Shown here piece by piece: positions 14,724 to 24,550 of a stretch of 50,708 nucleotides of DNA; position 1 is the first letter of the stretch; each line of letters starts with the position of its first letter. A program made the translations under genes and the position numbers. Below the pieces are notes generated by a model. It did no database searches. It was not told where the DNA came from and was given only the letters and a program-made list of their open reading frames with translations. The DNA lies in the IMG/VR virus record IMGVR_UViG_3300017978_000035, positions 1 to 50,708 of that record; one strand, written 5' to 3'. The stretch is from a virus. Lineage: Duplodnaviria; Caudoviricetes.

Positions 14724-17700
14724 TGCAACTATACCATGGTATCGTAGAAAATAGAAGTGACCCATTACAACTTGGTCGATGCCAAGTTCGTATCGTAGGT
14801 TTGCACACACACGATAAGAGTTTACTACCAACAAACGACTTGCCTTGGGCTACACCAATGCAGCCAATCAGTTCAGCTGCTATGAACGGTATCGGCTCAA
14901 CACCAATTGGTCCAGTTGAAGGTACTGCTGTTATTGTCACGTTCTTTGACGACAATAACCAGATGCCAGTTATGCTTGGTACTCTTGGTGGCATTTCTTC
15001 ACCACCTGCCACTGTCGACTTTGACGACTCTGGTCCAATCCGCAAATCTAAGAAGATTGAAGAAGTTAAGCTGCGTACCGTAGCTGGTCCAACGACTGGC
15101 GTTAAATTAGAATTCTACGATCCAGAATACGGTAGCACTACCATCACAAGTTCTCTAGAAGCCAACATGTTGGTTTATGGATATGGTATCAAAGAAGGTA
15201 CGTTCATCGTTTCAGTTGATAGTGGAACGACTATTACCATTAGCAACCCAGTGTCTGCTTATGGAGAGAACATTATTGACTTCAAACCAGCACCAAGTAA
15301 CTTGGGTGCTGTTGCTGAAAGTTCGAACACCAACCTTAAAGGTGGTACAGGAGAAAATGCAGCGGAGACTCCGAAAGCTACTCCAACAAACTCTGCTATT
15401 CCAACAATTCCACCTCCAAAATCAGTTAGCAATCAAACCAAAGCAGCTGAAGGTATCAAGGCTCTTATCGCTGCATGTGATAAGGTTGGATTGACCACTA
15501 AAGAACAAAAGTGTGCTTTGTTGGGTATTGCTGGTGGTGAATCTGGATGGATTCCTCAGAACGAGAGTTACATCTACAGCGCCGCTCGCTTAAAACAAAT
15601 TTACTCATTTGCCACAGAAGCTGACATTGAGAAATACTCCAACGCCAACAAGAAGGGTATTTCTCGCGAAGAATTCTTCTCATGGGCATATGGTCCAACG
15701 AAACGTGGTAAAGGTTTCCTTGGTAACTTGACAGACGAAGATGGTGGTAAGTATTATGGTCGCGGATTCATCCAGTTGACTGGTCGCGCCAACTACAAAA
15801 AGTATAATGACCAAGCGAGAGCTATGGGTATCATTATCGACATCGTCAATTTTCCAGATCAACTCGATCTTGACATCAACACATCTGCTGTTGTTGCTGC
15901 GTTGTACATTAAGGATCGCGTGTCAAAGGGTGTTAACGTTAATGCTCACCCTGACTATTTCTATGCAGCTAAGAAAGCTGTCGGTGTAAACTCACCAGAC
16001 ATCGCTGTTAGAAAGTTAAACTACTACGAATACTTCTACGGTTCTTCTGCTTCTGGTGGCGCAGTAAAAGATGCAGGTGCGCCAATTCCAGAGAACACAG
16101 ATACGACAGATGGACCGCCTGGACCTTCCAAGCAAAGTATCGAAACTGGTTCATATGGATTAGGTTTCCGTGACCCGAACAACAAGTATCCACTACAAGA
16201 TTATCTGAATGAACCAGACACGAACCGCTTGGCTCGTGGTATTATTAACGGTACTGCCATCACAAAGAAAGATGCGTCAAGAGTTTATGGTATCCCAACT
16301 GCTGCTGGTGGTTCATGGGATCAACCCGCTGCTCCATTTGGTGCAAAGTATCCATACAACAAAGTATTTGAAACTGAAGCAGGACACTTGCAAGAATGGG
16401 ATGACACTCCAGGTCAAGAACGTGTGCACACATACCATCGTTCTGGCACATTCACTGAAGTTGACGCGAATGGTACACAGGTAAACTACATTGTTGGTGA
16501 TAACTTCATCTTGATGGAAAGTAATGGATGTGTTCACGTTGCTGGTGAGTGTAATATCACCGCTGATGGTAACATCAACATCTACGCTAGAACAGACGCG
16601 AACATCAAAGTTGCCGCTAACGCCAACATCGAAGTTGGTAACAACGTGTCACTTGGTGTTGCCAACGACATGTCTGTCGCTGTTGGTGGAGACTTCTTAC
16701 TTAACGCAGCTGGGTCAATCAAAATGCAATCAGCAGACATCTCAGTTAAGTCTACTGGTAACTTGGGTATCCAAGCAGATGGTGACTTGAACGCAAAGGC
16801 TGCTGGTACATATAACCTAGAGTCTGCTGGAGAGATGAACATCCTTTCTGGTGGCACTATGCATGTTGATTACTCTGAAGGTCAATTCGGTAATGGCGCT
16901 GGTTCTGCAGCTGATGTTGCATCGTTTGAACTCGCAGCACCTGCTGCTGGTGACCCTCTGAACCCATCTGTTCCATACTTGGTTGCTCCAGAGCGCCAGT
17001 TCGAAGAAAAGTCTGCCGTGGAAACACCAGAAGAATGGGATACTCCAGAAGGTCGCGCGATTGCAGCAACTACTGCTCGTACAGAAGGCACTTCAGGCGC
17101 ACCTGCTCCAGTTGCAGATGAATCTTCTCAACCAACAGGTGGTTCTTCTTCAAGCACTAAGGTTGATTGCTCTATCATCTTTAACACCAAGGACTTCACT
17201 AACGACTACAAGATCAGTAAGAACTTTAGTCTTGGTATGTTGATTGACGGTGGTGTTGGTGGTAAGCATCGTTTGACTGACCAGATGTTGAAGCCACACA
17301 AGTCTGCTTCTGAGCGTCTGTACACTGTTCAAGAAATTGTTTGTAACTTGGCACACGCTGCGCAGAACGTACTCGAGCCAGCGTTGGATCTACTTCCAGG
17401 CGGTCGTTCTGGTTTCGGTACTCAGTGGCGTATTAACTCAGGTTATCGTCTACGTGGTATCACTCCGAACGAGAGCCCATCTTCTGACCACTGTAAAGGG
17501 CACTGCTTCGACATCGGCTTGTTGTTGCCAGATAAGAACACTAAGACATACGAACTTATCCAGAAGTTGGAAAAAGTCATTCCATACGATCAGTTGATTC
17601 TAGAGTATCGCCACCCAACGTCTGTTTGGATTCACGTTGGGTACAAACCTGAGAACAACCGTAAGATGGCGTTCACTATGGTTAACGATGCGACATTTGC

Positions 17701-17767
17701 TCGCGATAAGAATGGAAACCCATCTGGCTTCCACTTGATCGGCGAGATTCCACCGAAAGGTAAGTGA
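14723..17767 (+). CDS. gp5: Baseplate spike gp5: OB-fold, GH19 glycoside hydrolase, beta-helix, C-terminal peptidase M15
   Basis: GIVENR.DPLQLGRC.VRIVGLHT (gp5 OB); YYGRGFIQLTGRANY (GH19); YPYN.V.ETEAGH..E.DDTPG.ER; INSGYR, SDHCKGHCFDI, WIHV (M15). Confidence 0.93.
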   Translation: MQLYHGIVENRSDPLQLGRCQVRIVGLHTHDKSLLPTNDLPWATPMQPISSAAMNGIGSTPIGPVEGTAVIVTFFDDNNQMPVMLGTLGGISSPPATVDFDDSGPIRKSKKIEEVKLRTVAGPTTGVKLEFYDPEYGSTTITSSLEANMLVYGYGIKEGTFIVSVDSGTTITISNPVSAYGENIIDFKPAPSNLGAVAESSNTNLKGGTGENAAETPKATPTNSAIPTIPPPKSVSNQTKAAEGIKALIAACDKVGLTTKEQKCALLGIAGGESGWIPQNESYIYSAARLKQIYSFATEADIEKYSNANKKGISREEFFSWAYGPTKRGKGFLGNLTDEDGGKYYGRGFIQLTGRANYKKYNDQARAMGIIIDIVNFPDQLDLDINTSAVVAALYIKDRVSKGVNVNAHPDYFYAAKKAVGVNSPDIAVRKLNYYEYFYGSSASGGAVKDAGAPIPENTDTTDGPPGPSKQSIETGSYGLGFRDPNNKYPLQDYLNEPDTNRLARGIINGTAITKKDASRVYGIPTAAGGSWDQPAAPFGAKYPYNKVFETEAGHLQEWDDTPGQERVHTYHRSGTFTEVDANGTQVNYIVGDNFILMESNGCVHVAGECNITADGNINIYARTDANIKVAANANIEVGNNVSLGVANDMSVAVGGDFLLNAAGSIKMQSADISVKSTGNLGIQADGDLNAKAAGTYNLESAGEMNILSGGTMHVDYSEGQFGNGAGSAADVASFELAAPAAGDPLNPSVPYLVAPERQFEEKSAVETPEEWDTPEGRAIAATTARTEGTSGAPAPVADESSQPTGGSSSSTKVDCSIIFNTKDFTNDYKISKNFSLGMLIDGGVGGKHRLTDQMLKPHKSASERLYTVQEIVCNLAHAAQNVLEPALDLLPGGRSGFGTQWRINSGYRLRGITPNESPSSDHCKGHCFDIGLLLPDKNTKTYELIQKLEKVIPYDQLILEYRHPTSVWIHVGYKPENNRKMAFTMVNDATFARDKNGNPSGFHLIGEIPPKGK

Positions 17768-18324
17768 TGGACGAAACATGGACTCCATCAGCTGGGTTAC
17801 TTGGGCAAGTTGATGAACTTGATTCAGTAGCCTATGCAATTGATTATCAGGCGATGGATGAACTTGGTATGCCAATCAACTTCAAGGTTGAGGTTACTGC
17901 ATTAGAACCGAATCCACCTACGATAAGAGTTTATGAGAATAAAATCGTTGGGTACTTCAAAGACAGTTTTCTAAATAAGAACCTTCAACACTTCACCAAC
18001 GACAAGAAGTATATCAATACAACAACGTTCGGTGCCATTGATATCAAGAACATGCAGGACATGATTTACTATCGTCCTGACGAAACCAGAAGCATTACAT
18101 TCTCATATAGAGCAGATGCTTATGATCCATCGGATTTAACTAAAACGATTGTAGCAACTGCAACATATACAATCACAGTACTTAATAACTGGACAAACGG
18201 AGAACTTCAATTGATCGAATTTGTTAAGTTCGCTAAGACAAAACCCAAGCAAGTCGTATATTGGGAAAATGCCGAGTTCACAACTAAGTCTGGCACTGCA
18301 GTTTCATGGGAGCCTAAAATATGA
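17764..18324 (+). CDS. Hypothetical virion protein
   Basis: Coupled to gp5, beta-rich. Confidence 0.7.
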   Translation: MMDETWTPSAGLLGQVDELDSVAYAIDYQAMDELGMPINFKVEVTALEPNPPTIRVYENKIVGYFKDSFLNKNLQHFTNDKKYINTTTFGAIDIKNMQDMIYYRPDETRSITFSYRADAYDPSDLTKTIVATATYTITVLNNWTNGELQLIEFVKFAKTKPKQVVYWENAEFTTKSGTAVSWEPKI

Positions 18325-18647
18325 GTTTGCCTAAGTCATTCCAAGAAAAGGTTGGAGCGATTAGCCTAGCCGATCTAGACGAGAACTTCACTGAACTTGA
18401 CAATAGAACTAAGAACATCGTTGACCTTATTAACTGGGTTATTCAAGAACAAGACGGTGCTCTTAAATTGAAGTACAACAACGTCGAGAAGATTTCATTC
18501 GGTCCAGCGATGATCGAGAACTCAACTACAATTGACACGAACTATACGATCTCCGAAGGTAAAAATGCTATGACAGCTGGACCAGTGACCATCTCCGATG
18601 GAGTCACTGTTGCTATTCCAGATGGCTCTACTTGGACTATTGTGTAA
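18321..18647 (+). CDS. Mini tail-fibre/adaptor protein
   Basis: N-terminal L.DLDENF anchor-like motif; C-terminal 29 aa 24/29 identical to the C-terminus of 48367-50091. Confidence 0.7.
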   Translation: MSLPKSFQEKVGAISLADLDENFTELDNRTKNIVDLINWVIQEQDGALKLKYNNVEKISFGPAMIENSTTIDTNYTISEGKNAMTAGPVTISDGVTVAIPDGSTWTIV

Positions 18648-18949
18648 TGCCAGCCATCGTTAGAATAGACGATACATCGACTGGGCATGGATGTTTTCCA
18701 CCCACAAAACTGGTTGCAACCCCAGTAACTAAGACTTACATTAACGGTAAACTAGCTGGAGTGCAAGACAGTGCCTGTCAATTTATAACTCACGTGTGTG
18801 GGTTGCAAGTACATCCTCAGTCAGCCAGATATATTTCAGGTGGTGCCTCTAAGACAAAGATTGAAGGTAAACCAGCTGCAAGAATCGGCGATCCTATTGC
18901 ATGCGGAGATGCATGTTCTGAAGGATCTCCCAACACTTTCATAGAGTAA
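18647..18949 (+). CDS. PAAR spike-tip protein (gp5.4-like)
   Basis: D.STGHGCFPP, ING, GKPAARIGDPIACGD, GSPNTFI; start at TAATG 18647. Confidence 0.92.
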   Translation: MPAIVRIDDTSTGHGCFPPTKLVATPVTKTYINGKLAGVQDSACQFITHVCGLQVHPQSARYISGGASKTKIEGKPAARIGDPIACGDACSEGSPNTFIE

Positions 18950-18951
18950 AG

Positions 18952-18958
18952 ATAAATA
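18952..18958 (+). promoter_or_regulatory. Late promoter box ATAAATA for gp25
   Basis: 5 nt upstream of the gp25 ATG. Confidence 0.65.
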
Positions 18959-18963
18959 ATAAG

Positions 18964-19356
18964 ATGACTAGAAAAACAAGAATCTTCTCCGACTTAGACC
19001 TAAACTTCACTGCACATCCAGTGACGAAGGATATTTCTCGTCGCTTTGATGAGAACGCAATCAAAGACTCTATTAGGAATTTGATTCTAACACGTAACTT
19101 CGAGAGACCATTCCACAGTGAATTGGGTTCTCCTATTCGTGCTCTATTGTTTGAAAACTCTAGCCCACTATTGTCGATGACGCTACGAAGAGCGATTGTC
19201 GACGTTATCAACAACTTCGAACCTCGCGTCAATCTTATTGATGTTGAAGTTGTTGATTCAGACGACGAACATAGCCTGTATGTGAATATCTCGTTCAAGA
19301 TCATTAACACAGACAGCCCACTTTCACTAGATCTAGTATTAGAGAGAACCCGATAA
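18964..19356 (+). CDS. gp25: Baseplate wedge gp25
   Basis: SDLDL.F..HP.T.D, AIK.SIRNLILT...ERPF, LFE, I.NFEPRV. Confidence 0.93.
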   Translation: MTRKTRIFSDLDLNFTAHPVTKDISRRFDENAIKDSIRNLILTRNFERPFHSELGSPIRALLFENSSPLLSMTLRRAIVDVINNFEPRVNLIDVEVVDSDDEHSLYVNISFKIINTDSPLSLDLVLERTR

Positions 19357-21189
19357 ATGGCACAGAATAAACGTATTAGCGTAGCCGAACTTGACTTTGA
19401 TGCGATCAAAGAAAACCTAAAGTCGTTCCTGCGTGGACAAGAACAGTTCCAAGACTATGACTTCGAAGGTTCTTCTATGTCTGTCTTGCTGGACTTGTTA
19501 GCATACAACACCCACTACAATAACATCTACACCAACTTGGCTATGAACGAAATGTTCATGGACTCTGCAAGCAAACGTGCCTCTGTAGTTTCTTTGGCTA
19601 AGATGTTGGGCTACACTCCAAACTCTGCGTTGTGTGCAAAGGCATACGTTAATGCAACCATTACTGCACCAACAACTTCTCCTGCTGTTATTACTTTACC
19701 AGCTGGTCAGCCATTCCTGACATCTATTGACGGTGTGGCATATACATTCTATAACACATCTGACGTTTCAACTACAAACGCCAACGGTTCTTACGTTTTC
19801 TCTAACGTAGAATTGGTTGAAGGTTCTCCACTGAAGTATAGCTACACTGTGGCACCTGGACAGCGTTATGTTATTCCAAACGCCAACGTTGACTTGACAA
19901 CACTAAAGGTTAAGTTGCGTGAGACACCAACGTCTGACATTTTCTACGTTTTCTCTGCTGCAGAATCACTAACAGAAGTTGGTCCATTGACTAAGGTTTA
20001 CTTCGTCAAAGAGATTGACGATGGTTTGTATGAAGTAACATTCGGTGACGGTGTTCTAGGTTTCCCACCAGAAGCTGGTAACTACCTAACATTTGAGTAC
20101 CAAGTTTCTAGTCGTGAAGCGCCGAACGGTGCCAACGTGTTCGCTTACGCAGGTTCTGCTTTGCTTGGTTCTGGTTTAACTGTTGTTACTACTGGTGCTG
20201 CGTTCGGCGGTTCTTCTGCTGAAGATATTGACAGTGTTAAGTTCAACGCACCACGTATGTACGCTGCGCAAAACCGCGCTGTTACAACAGACGACTACAA
20301 GGCTCTAATCTACAAGTATTTCCCAGAAGCCGACTCTGTTGTTGTTTGGGGTGGTGAAGATAACGAACCACCAGTTTACGGCAAGACATTCATCTGCGTT
20401 AAGCCAAAGGATGCCACTAAGCTAACACAGCAACAAAAAGATTACATCCGCTACACTTTGATTGGTCCACGTTCTGTAGTTTCTATCACTCCAGAGTTCA
20501 CTGATCCAGAATACTTCAACGTTCAGATTTCTGCTTCTGTTTACTACAACGAGAAGATTTCTGACAAGTCTCCTGCTCAGCTAGAGACTCTTGTTAAGAA
20601 TGCCATCTACAACTACGACGATACTGAGTTGCAACGCTTCGATGGTATCTTGCGCTTCTCTAACCTTGTTCGTATCATCGATGAGGCTGATACTTCTATT
20701 GTTTCGAACACTACACGTCTAGTTGTTCGTCGTCAATTCGCTCCACGATATAACCTATCTGCTGAGTACAAGTTGACTATGATTAACCCGATTTACCAAT
20801 CTGAGGTTCCAGAAGATGCCGTTACAACAACAGGTTTCTACATTCCAAACAGCTCAACTGTTCACTACATGGACGATGATGGTGTTGGTAACATCCGCTT
20901 GTTCTACCTAGATACAAACAACAATAAGGTTATCGTCAACCCAACAATCGGTTCTGTTGATTATCCAACAGGTACTGTCGTTGTTCGTAACTTGACAATC
21001 ACTGCGTTGGCTGACCAGATTTTCGAATTCGTTATGAAGCCAGAATCATACGACGTTGTTCCAGCGTTCAACCAGATCGTTCAGATTTCTCGCGAGTACT
21101 TGACTGTTAACGTTGTCTCTGATAAGACTGCTGCTGGCTCTAACCAAGGTGGTAAGAACTACGTCTTCACTTCTATCCGTAAAGTATAA
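19357..21189 (+). CDS. gp6: Baseplate wedge gp6
   Basis: ELDFD.IK.NLK.FL..Q..F.DYDFEGS..SVLLDLLAYNTHY, FGDG..G, AQNRAVT..DY, WGGE. Confidence 0.95.
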   Translation: MAQNKRISVAELDFDAIKENLKSFLRGQEQFQDYDFEGSSMSVLLDLLAYNTHYNNIYTNLAMNEMFMDSASKRASVVSLAKMLGYTPNSALCAKAYVNATITAPTTSPAVITLPAGQPFLTSIDGVAYTFYNTSDVSTTNANGSYVFSNVELVEGSPLKYSYTVAPGQRYVIPNANVDLTTLKVKLRETPTSDIFYVFSAAESLTEVGPLTKVYFVKEIDDGLYEVTFGDGVLGFPPEAGNYLTFEYQVSSREAPNGANVFAYAGSALLGSGLTVVTTGAAFGGSSAEDIDSVKFNAPRMYAAQNRAVTTDDYKALIYKYFPEADSVVVWGGEDNEPPVYGKTFICVKPKDATKLTQQQKDYIRYTLIGPRSVVSITPEFTDPEYFNVQISASVYYNEKISDKSPAQLETLVKNAIYNYDDTELQRFDGILRFSNLVRIIDEADTSIVSNTTRLVVRRQFAPRYNLSAEYKLTMINPIYQSEVPEDAVTTTGFYIPNSSTVHYMDDDGVGNIRLFYLDTNNNKVIVNPTIGSVDYPTGTVVVRNLTITALADQIFEFVMKPESYDVVPAFNQIVQISREYLTVNVVSDKTAAGSNQGGKNYVFTSIRKV

Positions 21190-24023
21190 TGGCTAAAACA
21201 AGAACCCTGTTAACGGACGTAGTTGCAAAGCAGCTACCTGAACACATAAGAGATAATTACCCTACGTTCGTTGCGTTCGTAGAGGCTTATTACGACTACC
21301 TAGAAAAGCAGTCTGTTGACATCACGAGTGCCAGAGACATTGACACAACTCTTGAAGAGTTCATCACGTACTTCAAGAAGGAATTGGCTCACAACTACCC
21401 GATTGCTAGTACGATCGTTTCTGATGAACGATTCTTGTTGCAACACATCCGTGACCAGTACCTAGCAAAAGGTTCTGAAGCATCATATAAGCTGTTGTTC
21501 CGTTTGCTATTCGGTAAAGATGTGACATTGGAATATCCAGGTCAGTCTATGCTGCGCGCATCTGATGGTCGTTGGAGACAAGACTACTCAGTCTTCGTTC
21601 GTGTTGATTTTGGTTCAGCCACTGAGATTATCGGTAAGGTTGTTGAGATCAATACAACAAATCGAGTGTTGCGTGTTCTTGTAGATAAGAACCAATCATT
21701 CAATGATGTTTACGGTAGCGTTGAGCGTTTCACTCAAATCACCGACACAATCTATGAGCTGTTCATTGATCGTCGCTTCTATGGTGAGATCAAGCCTGGA
21801 GACGTTGTAAAGTACAAGGGTAAATTCCAAGGTACAATTCTACCAACAACAACAAGTGTAAAAATCACAAAGCCTGGAGTTGGCTTCCGCGTTGGTCAGG
21901 TGTTCCAAGTTAAGTCTGGCGACGGCACACCAGCATGGATGAAGATTCTTGGAGTTTCTTCTACTGGTGGTATCCGCAGCGTTGAACTTATCAAATTCGG
22001 TATTGGTTACAGTACAGACTTCGCTGTCACATTGCTTCCAACCTCTGAAGTTAAGTCTGTCACAAAGATAACAAACACACCAGCAACGCTTTCATACTCA
22101 TTCAAGTATGGAGCGATCACTACAGTTGAAGTTGATGATGTTGGTGGTGGATACTCGGTTCCACCAACAGTTGTTGCAACTGGCGACGGTCAAGGTGCAA
22201 GACTAAGAGCGACTATCACTCCAGCTGGTGAGATCGATGAAATTATTATTGAAGACGGTGGTACAAACTACACCAACGCTACAATCGTTTTCACGACACC
22301 TTCTGGAGAGACAGGTAGTGGCGGACATGCTATTGCTGGTTTCGGTTCTCAATCTTACTACAGCGTTTTAGATAAGGTTGTTGGTTTCAACGAAGTTGGT
22401 GTTATCAACTACGGCGAATACTGGGATGGTGGTCGTACACTATCTAACGGTTCAATTACGCTGATTCAGATGACTGACAGAGGCAGAGGATATACATCTG
22501 CTCCGACATTCAATTTCTGGGATCCTCTTGGTACTGGTCTAGTAGTTAACTCTGCAGATTCTGTTTCTACTGAGAAGGCACTCGCTCTAACATTAACAGA
22601 TGGTGGATCTGGTTATATTGACCCAACAGTAACAGTCGTTGGTGGCGGTGGTACTGGTATGGTGGTCTTGGCACACATCAACAACTCTAATGAGATTGAA
22701 TCTATTTCTGTTGCTGACTATGGTCAAGGTTACACTTCACTACCAACATTCACTATCAATGACGTAAATGGTACTGGTGCAGAAATTACAGCAGCGTGGG
22801 ACGGATACAAACTAAAAGAAGTTATCCAGATTACCACAGCTGGTACAGGTTACATTAACCCTCGTGTTTATATCGGTTCAGTTGGCAGCGTTAACTGGGT
22901 ATTGAATACTGCATATACAGCTGGCGACTTCTTGAAAGTTGTTGATGGTGGCGCGACTCGCTACTACATTGCGATGACTACTGGTACGACAGATTCTACA
23001 ACACCAGCGCACACATCTGGTACAATCAACAGCGGTACAGTTGCTCTAAAGGCAGTAACAGTTTCTGATGGTGGTGGATCTGGCGCTAAGGCTGCAGTAA
23101 CACAAAACATCGTCCATGGCTATTCTGATGCAGCTTATGTTGGTGAAGACGCTCGTGAGTTCTTTATTGACTATAAAGATACTGTTGAAGGTGACCCTGC
23201 TGTTATTAACGTTGGTTTAGGTGCGCTGGCAAAATATCCAGGCTACTTTGAGACTAACGATGGCTTCTTGAACGATTCTATTTTCATTCAAGACAGTAAG
23301 TATTACCAAGCGTTCTCGTACGTTATTAAGATTGACGAACAGTTGTCTTCTTATTCTGCTGCGGTTCGTTCTATGCTACACCCAACTGGTATGGCATTGT
23401 TCGGTGAATATAGTATCACCAACACATTCGACGTGGGCTTGGCTCTAGAATCTATCGTCAAATCTCTTGGTGTTACTCTTAGAGATGAGGCGATTGCTTC
23501 TGAAGAATTCATTCAGAGATTCTCTAAGGATCTTGGAGCGAATAGCGTTTCTATGACCCAACCTTGGTTACTAGAGAGCCAAGATGATGGTATACCTAGA
23601 GCTGTCCATGTGACAATCTCTAAGGTTCCTAATGAATCATTTGCGTACATGAACGCAGATGGTACAACTGATTTGGTTGTTCGCTTGTTTATTAAAGCGA
23701 TTGACTCCAACCAAGAATGGGTAACTCCAATTGATGATGGAAGCATTAGAGATATCTCTAAGTCTTTAGAAACTGAGTTTGGTCCATACGCAACCCTTGG
23801 TTACGGTATGAACGATTATATCGAGAAGAAAGAGTTCTCAAAAGAACTTGAAACTATCGAGACAATTACTGAAGACTACGCCCAGCAGACAGATAAATAT
23901 GTAGAGTCAGCCATTACTGGAGACTATCCAGAAAGTGGATACGCAACATTTAACCCCTATGAAGAAGGTGGTTATTTCGAGAGTGTTTATGCAAACAGCC
24001 GTGCTGGCGAGTTTAGCGTTTAA
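21189..24023 (+). CDS. gp7: Baseplate wedge gp7-like protein with GxGY repeats
   Basis: QLP.HI...YP.FV.F..AYY, Y.AKG.E.SYKLLFR.LF, IQDS.YYQ.FSYVIK, HP.GM..FG; follows gp6. Confidence 0.8.
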   Translation: MAKTRTLLTDVVAKQLPEHIRDNYPTFVAFVEAYYDYLEKQSVDITSARDIDTTLEEFITYFKKELAHNYPIASTIVSDERFLLQHIRDQYLAKGSEASYKLLFRLLFGKDVTLEYPGQSMLRASDGRWRQDYSVFVRVDFGSATEIIGKVVEINTTNRVLRVLVDKNQSFNDVYGSVERFTQITDTIYELFIDRRFYGEIKPGDVVKYKGKFQGTILPTTTSVKITKPGVGFRVGQVFQVKSGDGTPAWMKILGVSSTGGIRSVELIKFGIGYSTDFAVTLLPTSEVKSVTKITNTPATLSYSFKYGAITTVEVDDVGGGYSVPPTVVATGDGQGARLRATITPAGEIDEIIIEDGGTNYTNATIVFTTPSGETGSGGHAIAGFGSQSYYSVLDKVVGFNEVGVINYGEYWDGGRTLSNGSITLIQMTDRGRGYTSAPTFNFWDPLGTGLVVNSADSVSTEKALALTLTDGGSGYIDPTVTVVGGGGTGMVVLAHINNSNEIESISVADYGQGYTSLPTFTINDVNGTGAEITAAWDGYKLKEVIQITTAGTGYINPRVYIGSVGSVNWVLNTAYTAGDFLKVVDGGATRYYIAMTTGTTDSTTPAHTSGTINSGTVALKAVTVSDGGGSGAKAAVTQNIVHGYSDAAYVGEDAREFFIDYKDTVEGDPAVINVGLGALAKYPGYFETNDGFLNDSIFIQDSKYYQAFSYVIKIDEQLSSYSAAVRSMLHPTGMALFGEYSITNTFDVGLALESIVKSLGVTLRDEAIASEEFIQRFSKDLGANSVSMTQPWLLESQDDGIPRAVHVTISKVPNESFAYMNADGTTDLVVRLFIKAIDSNQEWVTPIDDGSIRDISKSLETEFGPYATLGYGMNDYIEKKEFSKELETIETITEDYAQQTDKYVESAITGDYPESGYATFNPYEEGGYFESVYANSRAGEFSV

Positions 24024-24040
24024 TTTTTAAGGAGATTTTT

Positions 24041-24499
24041 ATGGATCAACAATACACAGAAAACCTAAAGGCGACTGGTCTAGTAACTGTTACTAAAACT
24101 AACGAAGCTGGTCTGGTTACTGAACAATTCACAGTACCTAACCTAGTTGTTAATACTGGTAAGGCATACATCGCTCAAAAGATGGTTGCCACTAACACAG
24201 ACGTTCCAGTCCACATGTCACACATGGCTATCGGTACTGGTAACACTTCTCCAGCTGCTGAAGATACTGCACTAGGTACACAAACTGGTCGTGTTCTATT
24301 GTCTGGTAACTTGGTCGAAGCCAACTCTATCACTTACACTGCTACATTCCCAGCAGGTACTGGTACTGGTGCTATCACTGAAGCTGGTGTTTTCAACGCT
24401 TCTGTTAACGGTACTATGCTTTGCCGCACAGTGTTCCCAGTTGTTAACAAGGCTGCTGGTGATACTATCGCTGTTACTTGGAAAGTTACAGTAAGCTGA
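24041..24499 (+). CDS. Structural tail/baseplate protein (tail-fibre N-terminal/collar-like domain)
   Basis: NLVV..G, MAIGTG.T.P...DTAL, ITEAGVFN, GTML.R..F..VNK, VTW.VT; AAGGAG RBS. Confidence 0.7.
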   Translation: MDQQYTENLKATGLVTVTKTNEAGLVTEQFTVPNLVVNTGKAYIAQKMVATNTDVPVHMSHMAIGTGNTSPAAEDTALGTQTGRVLLSGNLVEANSITYTATFPAGTGTGAITEAGVFNASVNGTMLCRTVFPVVNKAAGDTIAVTWKVTVS

Positions 24500-24550
24500 T
24501 CAACCTCAGCTTTTTCGGCATAACAAGACAACTTTCGGATAAAACAGGGT

